Below are positions 37,401 to 43,280 of a stretch of 43,280 bases of DNA, in pieces. A program made the translations under genes and the position numbers. Numbering within the stretch: position 1 is the stretch's first letter; each line of letters opens with the position of its first letter. Origin of the DNA: Bacteroidota bacterium (lineage in GTDB: Bacteria; Bacteroidota; Bacteroidia; Chitinophagales; UBA2359); contig JAHDGP010000001.1 in NCBI GenBank assembly GCA_020627525.1, forward strand, positions 1-43,280, read 5' to 3'. The notes beneath the pieces are model-generated. The model was not told where the DNA came from. It did no database searches and saw nothing but the letters and a program-made list of their open reading frames with translations.

Positions 37401-40400
37401 GATGCTTGTGGAAATGTAAATGTAATTCAACAAATAATAAAAATTGGAGATCAAAATGCTCCTGTGTTTACAGAAGGTGAAGGGGAGTTAGATGTAGCTA
37501 TTTGTGCGGGTGATATTGAAAACGTTCCAGCTCCAAATGTTACGGATGGATGTTCTGCTGTTGAATTGAATTTTAACGATGAAACATTTGACACAGATTG
37601 TGCGAGTCATCAATTAGTTGTAAGAACTTATACAGCAACAGATGCTTGTGATAATACAAGTACTTACATCCAAAACATAAATATTTACGGTGATATTACT
37701 GCTACAATATCCACAATAGATGGTAGCTGTGATGTTCAATTAAATACAGATTGTAATGGTTATTCTATCATTTGGTTTGATGATGCTGGAAATACTGGAA
37801 GTGGCAATTTATACAGTCCATTGGTTGAAACTACTGGTACAGTTACTTTTGCAGTTTCTAGAGCAAATGCACCAACAGATTGTAATGCTGAATCATTTGA
37901 ATACTCTTATGATTGTACCAATACTTGTCCACAAATAGTTTCTGCTTCAACAAGCGAGTTGCATATTTGTTCAGGTACTAGTTTTGGTCTAATTGCAGAT
38001 GTTATAAATGAAGATGGTGGTACTTTAACATGGTACGATGCTGCTGGAAATGTCATTGCTAATCCTAATGCTGTTTCTATGGAAAACAATACTTGTGAAT
38101 CAATGAAGTTGACATTTACAGCTGAGTATGTTTCTGTAAATGACAATTGTCCAACAGTGACAATGACTACAAATGTTATAACTATTTATCCAGAAATTTC
38201 TTACGAAGTTTCGAATAATGGATGTGAGATTGAAATAACAAATTTCTGTGACGGATTTTTTGTTAGTTGGGTAGATGATTATGGAAAACCTGGAAACGAA
38301 ACGAGCTATTCTGCGGAAGCAGGTGGTCAAGGAACAGTAACTTTTACTATCTTCAATACAGATGCTTCTCAAGCACCTTTACAATGTCAATTTGTGACAA
38401 TTAACGAAGATTTTGATTGTGGTGATTGTCCAACACTTTCTGATCCAACAATTAGTGAGGTGAGTATTTGTTCAGGTGACTTTATTTCTTTAGATATTAA
38501 TATAGTAAATGACAATGGTGGATCTCTTATGTGGTATGATAGCAATGATAACTTAGTACCAGATCCTTCTAAAATATTTTTAAATACAGAAAATTGTAAT
38601 GGAGAGAGTTTCGGCTTTTATGCTGCATATACTCCTTCAGGTGATTATTGTGATTTAGTGGTTTCTGACATAGCCACAGTAACCGTATATCCGCAGATTG
38701 AAGCAACCATCATTTCTGAAGGATGTACGGTTGCTTTGAACAACATTAATTTGTGTACTGGCGACTTTGAAATTTCTTGGTCAGATGATCAAGGCAATTC
38801 TGGAAATGGTCCTATTTATACAGCTGCAGGTGGTTCAACTGGCAACGTGACTTTTGTAATAACAAATACAGCAACGAATGTTCCCGACAATTGCGCAACA
38901 GCGACTTTCGTTTCGGCATATGCTTGTGCAACTTGTCCTGTAATAACTTTAGATGATGATGTAACTTCAGCTGTTTGTTATGGAGAGGCAATTCCACTTT
39001 CTGCAAGTGTTGAACCCAATGTTGGGGGGACTGTTCAATGGTACCACGAATCAGGTGTGTTGTTGAATGATTTGACTTTAGACGATTTGAATTATGATGT
39101 TTGTTCAGGTGCAGTATTGAACTACTATGCTGAATTTACTCCGACAAATACAGATTGTCCAGCGGTTCAAACAGAGATGGCTACAGTTACTATTTATCCA
39201 TCAATAGATGCAACTGCTGTTTCTAGTGGATGTCAAGTATCCTTAAATGACTACTGTGAGGACTTTACCGTAACTTGGGAAGACAGCAACGGAAATACAG
39301 GAACAGGAGATAGCTTTACTCAAACAAATGGTGAAAATGGTTCTGTAACATTTACAGTAACAAACCCTAACGGTTTAGATAACTGTAGTTCTGCTACATT
39401 TACAGCTACTTCAAACTGTAGTGCTTCTTGTCCGTATATTTATAATGTAGAGTGCAGCCCTCCTACAGTTTGTGATGGCGAACCTTTCTCATTAATAGTT
39501 GCAATTTCTAACCTTGACGGTGGAACGATTCAATGGTATGACGAAAATGATAATTTAATAATAAATACAAATGACATCGTTGTTGATGTGGATGAGTGTA
39601 ATGGTGGTTCTTTTGGATACTATGCAGTTTATACACCTGCAAATGCAAGTTGTGGAAGTGTAACTTCTGAGCTAGCTTACGTTACAGTTTTTCCAAATAT
39701 TACAGCTGAAGTTTCTGGTGAAAATTCTTGTAATATTGATTTGATAAATAATTGTGAAAACTTAAATGTCGAATGGGTTGATAATTTGGGTAATACAGGT
39801 ACAGGTAGCAGTTATACTGCAACATCTGGTTCTTCAGGTTCCGTAACATACACCGTTACGAATCCTGATCCAGATGTACCTGCATCCTGTTTAAATGAAG
39901 TGTTTGGTCCTTACGACTACGCTTGTGCAAATTGTCCACTAATATACAGTCCAACTTGTGATCCTTCTGTAATCTGTGAAGGAGAGTCATTTAGTCTAAA
40001 CGTTATTGTTACAGACCTTGATGGCGGTACAATACAATGGTATGATGAAAATGATAATTTAATTGAGGACATTAATGATATTGTTGTTGATATAAATGCT
40101 TGTGAAGGTGGTCAGTTTGGCTACTATGCAGTATATACTCCTGCAAACACAAACTGCGAAGTTGTAACAACAAATTTAGCATACGTTACAATCTATCCAA
40201 GTATTGTTGGAAATATTCAAAACAATGGATGTGAAATTTTATTAGAAGATAACTGTCCATCTTTCCCCGTAACTTGGGAAGACAGTGAAGGACATACAGG
40301 GGTAGGTACAACTTACTCGGCAGATGGTCCTGGAACTGGTTCAGTAACATTTACTATAAATAATTCAACAGCAGGCGTTCCTGATCATTGTCAAACAATG

Positions 40401-43280
40401 ACTTTCAATGCGGACTATGAATGCATTGCTTGTCCTGAAATATTTAATCCTGTTTGTGATCCTCCTGTTATTTGTGCAGGTGAAGCATTTAGCTTAAACG
40501 TTGGAATCAATAACTTAGATGGTGGTACACTTCAATGGTATGATCAAGCTGGTAATGCCATTACAAATTCACAAGATATTGTTTTAGATATTGATGCTTG
40601 TACTGGTGGTCAGTTTGGTTACTATGTGGAATATACTCCTGTAAATGCAAACTGTCCTACAGTTTCAACGGAGTTGACTTATGTTCAAGCTTATCCTCAA
40701 ATAAATGCAGAGGTTGTTGAAAACGGCTGTGCAATTGAATTGACTAATACTTGTCCAGATCACGTAATTAGTTGGACGGATGATTCAGGAAATGCTGGTA
40801 TTGGTGGAGATTATACTGGTATGCCTGGTACTGCTGGTGTTGTAACATACACTGTAACTAATCCTGTATCTGGTGTTCCAGGAGCTTGCTTGAGCAATAC
40901 TTACGAGGCAAACTACGATTGCCCTGTTTGCCCGGAAATAGCAAATGCAGCTTGTAGCCCTTCTAATATTTGTGAAGGAGAGTCATTCAGCTTGGCTGTT
41001 TCAATTTCAAACTTGGATGGTGGTACCGTTCAATGGTATACGGAAGATGGAACACCAATTTACTCGACAAATGATATTGTTTTAGATATAAATGAATGTA
41101 CAGGTGGTCAGTTTGGCTACTATGTAGAATATACGCCTGCAAATGCAGAATGTCCTGTAGCTGTTTCTGAAACGGCATATGTGACTATTTATCCATCAAT
41201 AAATGCACAAATTGTTTCTGATGGATGTAATGTTTCTTTGGATGGATATTGTGCTGATTTTGACATTGCTTGGACTGATGATTTAGGAAACGCAGGAACA
41301 GGTGATGCATTCTCAGGAGCAAATGGCGAGAGTGGTTCTGTAACATTTACAGTTACCAATCCAAATGGAATGGAAGGCTGCGAATCAAATACATTTACAA
41401 CTGATTATGCTTGTATTGATTGCCCAACAATTTTCCAACCTGCTTGTAGTCCTCCAGTGATTTGTGAAGGAGAAGCATTTAGTTTGGTTGTTGGATTTAA
41501 CAACTTAGATGGTGGAACTTTACAATGGTACGATGAATCAGGAAATCCAATTACAAATACTGCTGATATAGTATTGGATTTGGATGTTTGTGAAGGTGGT
41601 ACCTTTGGTTACTATGTGGAATATACGCCAGGAAATACTGATTGTGCGACTGTTACAACAGAATTGACATATGTTACTGTATATCCTCAAATTACTGCGG
41701 ACGTTGTTACAAGCGATTGTCAGGTAACACTTGAAAACTATTGTGAAGATTTCAATATTGCTTGGTATGATGATTCTGGAAATACTGGAAATGGAGACAC
41801 TTTCCTAGGTGACGGTGGAACAGGAACAGTTACATTTAATGTAACCAATACTGGTGCGACAGGAAATTGTTTGAGTCAAACATTTACTTCAGGTTATAGT
41901 TGTGACGGAGTTGAATGCCCACAATTGGGAACGCCTTCTATTTCTTCAACTGATATTTGTTCTGGTGAATCAGTAACATTAACAGTTGAGTTAACAAATG
42001 GAAATGGTGGAACTTTAGCTTGGTTTGATCAAGCTGGAAACGAAGTTGATCCAACAGAATTAACTTTGACAAATACTTCTTGTGATACTGAAATTCATAA
42101 TTATTACGCTGCATATATTTCTGGAAATGCAAACTGCCCTGATATAAATACTGCTACGGTTTCTGTAAATGTTTATCCAGAAATTTCTTACGATATTGAG
42201 ACGGATGGATGTAATATTACCATCACAAATTACTGTGAAAACTTCTGGGTCAACTGGGTTGATTCAAATGGTAAACCAGGTGAAGGAAATGTATTTGTAG
42301 GAAATGCTGGTGAGTCAGGATTTGTAGACTTTACTATCTATAATCCAACAACTGGTCAAATTCCACTTAACTGTCAATATAATTTCTTCTCTGTTGATTA
42401 TACTTGTGGAGATTGTCCTAGTTTGACAAATCCAACAGCAACCCCAGCTTATGCTTGCGATGGTGAGACGGTATCATTAAACATTAATGTTGCAAATGAT
42501 GACGGCGGTTCATTGGTTTGGTATGATGCAGACAACAATGTAGTTACAGACCCAAGCAGTGTAGTTGTTTCAACTGCTACTTGTGGTGACGAGGTATTTG
42601 GATATTATGCAGTGTATACTCCTGCAAGTACTTCTTGTTCAGAGTTGACATCTGCTTCAACATATGTACACGTTTATCCAACAATAACAGCAACTCCAGT
42701 TGTGGAGGAATGTGAAGTTTATTTATCAAACTTAAACAACTGTGATGCATACGAAATTACTTGGTCTGATGATTTAGGAAATACTGGATCGGGTGATACC
42801 TATTTACCAGAAGAAGGCACAGCTGGAACAGTAACATTTGTTGTAACAAACAATACAGCTGGAACACCAGATGCCTGTGCTTCTGCTACATTTACAGCAA
42901 ACTTTGATTGTACGAAAGAAGTGATTTTTGATTTAGCATTACAAAAAACTTTGGCGGCTGGTCAAAATGCAGTTGTAAATGTTGGTGATCAAGTTACTTA
43001 TACAATCACAGTTTACAACCAAGGTCAAGCAACAACTCAGAACATAGTTGTTTCTGATTATATTCCAACTGGTTTAACTTTAAACGATTCAAATTGGAGT
43101 GGTACAGCAACAACAGTTACTACAACAGTTGCAGGTCCTATCTTGCCAAACAGTTCAACAACGGTTGATATTACATTTACTGTAACAGCAAACTTTGCTG
43201 GAACTATAAGAAATTATGCTGAAATCACTTCTGCCGAAGATGAAGATGGAAATCTACAAGGTGACATAGATTCAACTCCT
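34446..43280 (+). CDS. Giant secreted cell-surface repeat protein (adhesin-like), 5' partial; the ORF runs off the window end
   Basis: I translated the frame by eye from ATG 34446. It gives 2945 sense codons to base 43280 with no stop. The signal peptide is 'MRNTQLRKFWFFVGLLFTLAQVGYAQ'. Conserved Cys-containing repeat motifs stay in this frame throughout. The ORF is absent from the supplied track, presumably because it has no stop in the window. Confidence 0.9.
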   Translation, partial: MRNTQLRKFWFFVGLLFTLAQVGYAQCGPGQDNTRPTFAEPYFSLDVYVECEEDVVITPPTPMDDCTTNPTLTIVEDITTTGSCPNQFIRIINYQAEDEAGNTALFSLSIQVLDLVPPVFDQSANELNQTVSCEDDIVIVEPTATDNCNMQDVAIFSTENEQIGDCPFNFNRTVTYRAIDECDNFSFYSIVYTVQDNDAPVFDLAAGALDQTVSCVSEIEAWEIPTATDNCGDAQVQIASDETVEGACENSFTRTIVYEATDLCGNVAQYQAVITVNDDTAPVFTTNPGELDFAFNCSDNVEIDIPLPVATDNCEGNVLVKIIGDASIDGDCAGSSIRTITYEAVDACGNQSEPFTVEITIGDTSPPVWVTEINALNIEYACDEVADVIPVPEASDLCGNAIVELTGSNSIEMGCTGNSQLVYIYTATDECGNVSDAEFIVTITITDNEAPTFVEEAGALDVALSCNEVAAFTLPVPTASDNCSETEVTLINDETTTSATCAANYTRVLTYQVADLCGNEGETYDVTITVSDNEAPNLTGLFDENVSAGCGETPEVPIVQVNDNCDSDVELVYSADTTEGSCAGGYIITRTWSATDDCGNTAERTQVVAVEDNVKPVITGVPASTNASCDLIPEAGELQVFDNCDDAPEIIFNENIVDGNCPNNYTLRRVWQVIDDCDNETIAIQEITVRDNEGPVFDNFPANTEVSCGTVPAAAEVTAIDNCGGDITYDFEEAYNYDECPYTLTRTWTATDACGNETSRSQIITLTDEEGPTFNNVPLAANVDCNGIPTAGQPTVSDNCDDNVQMQMTEETEGDGCPYTIIRTWTATDLCGNTNSVSQTITVSDNAGPEIQDVPADITINCSDLEAAPELIAIDNCAGELTTEFAEITNGEGCDLTIIRTWTATDLCGNISTASQTISVSDDEDPTFDVVFDNPYEVACGGTIPEMPIVNAFDNCGEVTVEFDESNNFGICEGDETIFRNWRATDACGNVNVIQQIIKIGDQNAPVFTEGEGELDVAICAGDIENVPAPNVTDGCSAVELNFNDETFDTDCASHQLVVRTYTATDACDNTSTYIQNINIYGDITATISTIDGSCDVQLNTDCNGYSIIWFDDAGNTGSGNLYSPLVETTGTVTFAVSRANAPTDCNAESFEYSYDCTNTCPQIVSASTSELHICSGTSFGLIADVINEDGGTLTWYDAAGNVIANPNAVSMENNTCESMKLTFTAEYVSVNDNCPTVTMTTNVITIYPEISYEVSNNGCEIEITNFCDGFFVSWVDDYGKPGNETSYSAEAGGQGTVTFTIFNTDASQAPLQCQFVTINEDFDCGDCPTLSDPTISEVSICSGDFISLDINIVNDNGGSLMWYDSNDNLVPDPSKIFLNTENCNGESFGFYAAYTPSGDYCDLVVSDIATVTVYPQIEATIISEGCTVALNNINLCTGDFEISWSDDQGNSGNGPIYTAAGGSTGNVTFVITNTATNVPDNCATATFVSAYACATCPVITLDDDVTSAVCYGEAIPLSASVEPNVGGTVQWYHESGVLLNDLTLDDLNYDVCSGAVLNYYAEFTPTNTDCPAVQTEMATVTIYPSIDATAVSSGCQVSLNDYCEDFTVTWEDSNGNTGTGDSFTQTNGENGSVTFTVTNPNGLDNCSSATFTATSNCSASCPYIYNVECSPPTVCDGEPFSLIVAISNLDGGTIQWYDENDNLIINTNDIVVDVDECNGGSFGYYAVYTPANASCGSVTSELAYVTVFPNITAEVSGENSCNIDLINNCENLNVEWVDNLGNTGTGSSYTATSGSSGSVTYTVTNPDPDVPASCLNEVFGPYDYACANCPLIYSPTCDPSVICEGESFSLNVIVTDLDGGTIQWYDENDNLIEDINDIVVDINACEGGQFGYYAVYTPANTNCEVVTTNLAYVTIYPSIVGNIQNNGCEILLEDNCPSFPVTWEDSEGHTGVGTTYSADGPGTGSVTFTINNSTAGVPDHCQTMTFNADYECIACPEIFNPVCDPPVICAGEAFSLNVGINNLDGGTLQWYDQAGNAITNSQDIVLDIDACTGGQFGYYVEYTPVNANCPTVSTELTYVQAYPQINAEVVENGCAIELTNTCPDHVISWTDDSGNAGIGGDYTGMPGTAGVVTYTVTNPVSGVPGACLSNTYEANYDCPVCPEIANAACSPSNICEGESFSLAVSISNLDGGTVQWYTEDGTPIYSTNDIVLDINECTGGQFGYYVEYTPANAECPVAVSETAYVTIYPSINAQIVSDGCNVSLDGYCADFDIAWTDDLGNAGTGDAFSGANGESGSVTFTVTNPNGMEGCESNTFTTDYACIDCPTIFQPACSPPVICEGEAFSLVVGFNNLDGGTLQWYDESGNPITNTADIVLDLDVCEGGTFGYYVEYTPGNTDCATVTTELTYVTVYPQITADVVTSDCQVTLENYCEDFNIAWYDDSGNTGNGDTFLGDGGTGTVTFNVTNTGATGNCLSQTFTSGYSCDGVECPQLGTPSISSTDICSGESVTLTVELTNGNGGTLAWFDQAGNEVDPTELTLTNTSCDTEIHNYYAAYISGNANCPDINTATVSVNVYPEISYDIETDGCNITITNYCENFWVNWVDSNGKPGEGNVFVGNAGESGFVDFTIYNPTTGQIPLNCQYNFFSVDYTCGDCPSLTNPTATPAYACDGETVSLNINVANDDGGSLVWYDADNNVVTDPSSVVVSTATCGDEVFGYYAVYTPASTSCSELTSASTYVHVYPTITATPVVEECEVYLSNLNNCDAYEITWSDDLGNTGSGDTYLPEEGTAGTVTFVVTNNTAGTPDACASATFTANFDCTKEVIFDLALQKTLAAGQNAVVNVGDQVTYTITVYNQGQATTQNIVVSDYIPTGLTLNDSNWSGTATTVTTTVAGPILPNSSTTVDITFTVTANFAGTIRNYAEITSAEDEDGNLQGDIDSTP
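34539..37694 (+). repeat. 13 tandem ~81-aa four-Cys HYR-like modules (coding repeat)
   Basis: The period is ~240-250 nt. The module pattern is D..(A/P)P.F ... C ... P.A(T/S)DNC(G/D) ... C ... (R)T(W/Y)TA.D.CGN ... I.V.D. The D.CGN/D.CDN motif occurs 13 times, from 'AEDEAGN' near 34745 to 'ATDACDN' near 37640. Confidence 0.85.
37695..42911 (+). repeat. 10.5 tandem copies of a 164-169-aa bipartite Cys-rich module (coding repeat)
   Basis: In-frame unit starts are 37695, 38196, 38697, 39204, 39699, 40203, 40701, 41199, 41691, 42183 and 42684. The last unit is an A-half only. Each unit follows 'YP(E/Q/S/N/T)'. A-half example: 'GC.V.L...C..F.V.W.DD.GN.G.G..Y....G.VTF.V.N....C...F...Y.C'. B-half example: 'CP....P....IC.GE.FSL.....DGG..QWYD.......C.GG.FGYYA.YTP.N..C......YVT.YP'. 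Confidence 0.9.
42915..43280 (+). other. DUF11 / 'conserved repeat domain'-type beta-sandwich at the window edge (within the giant CDS)
   Basis: 'VVNVGDQVTYTITVYNQGQATTQNIVVSDYIPTGLTLND...TVDITFTVTAN..G.IRNYAEITSAEDEDGNLQGDIDSTP' matches the DUF11/TIGR01451 signature (Gd.vtYtitv.N.G...a.nv.v.D.iP.Gl) as I remember it. Confidence 0.6.

Noticed and set aside
35495-42132. Eight short track ORFs inside the giant gene region (35495..35743-, 36161..36436-, 37756..37938+, 37907..38146-, 38100..38372-, 38812..39006-, 40987..41178-, 41938..42132-)
   Set aside because: All are antisense to, or out of frame with, the 2945-codon open frame that carries the conserved repeat motifs. They are shadow ORFs.
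1-43280. Mobile elements, a genomic island or a defence system
   Set aside because: I recognised no transposase, integrase, recombinase, restriction-modification, toxin-antitoxin or phage-like ORF. There is no flanking tRNA and no long direct repeats bounding a segment. The only compositionally deviant stretches are the short GC-rich intergenic repeats.

Overview
This is an AT-rich chromosomal segment, roughly one-third G+C by eye, and almost certainly from a Bacteroidota genome. The evidence is a PorP/SprF gene, a T9SS C-terminal sorting domain, a GWxTD lipoprotein, a ruvX-def pair and no Shine-Dalgarno signals. Most of the window is ordinary core content. It holds dnaA, an L,D-transpeptidase, a split 5'-nucleotidase, rlmB, dapF, an HtrA protease, ruvX-def, a crtI-crtB-crtW carotenoid cluster, and a tetR-tolC-mfp-rnd efflux operon.

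The main item is missing from the supplied ORF track. One reading frame is open from the ATG at 34446 to the last base of the window (2945 codons, no stop). It encodes the N-terminal part of a giant secreted surface protein. Its parts are a signal peptide, 13 tandem ~81-aa four-Cys HYR-like modules, 10.5 copies of a 164-169-aa bipartite Cys-rich repeat that I cannot assign to a named family, and then a DUF11-type domain.

Other points worth a second look:
- A GC-rich mosaic tandem repeat family fills both intercistronic spacers of the efflux operon. A third hairpin-dense spacer lies downstream of crtW.
- Two divergent ~507-aa paralogs of unknown function are present.
- There is a membrane-anchored MutS-like ATPase with no mismatch-binding or Smr domains.
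- A two-gene surface-protein module is present.
- Several strong intergenic palindromes occur.

I saw no rRNA, tRNA, CRISPR array, transposase or integrase. All family assignments come from motifs read by eye. No searches were run.
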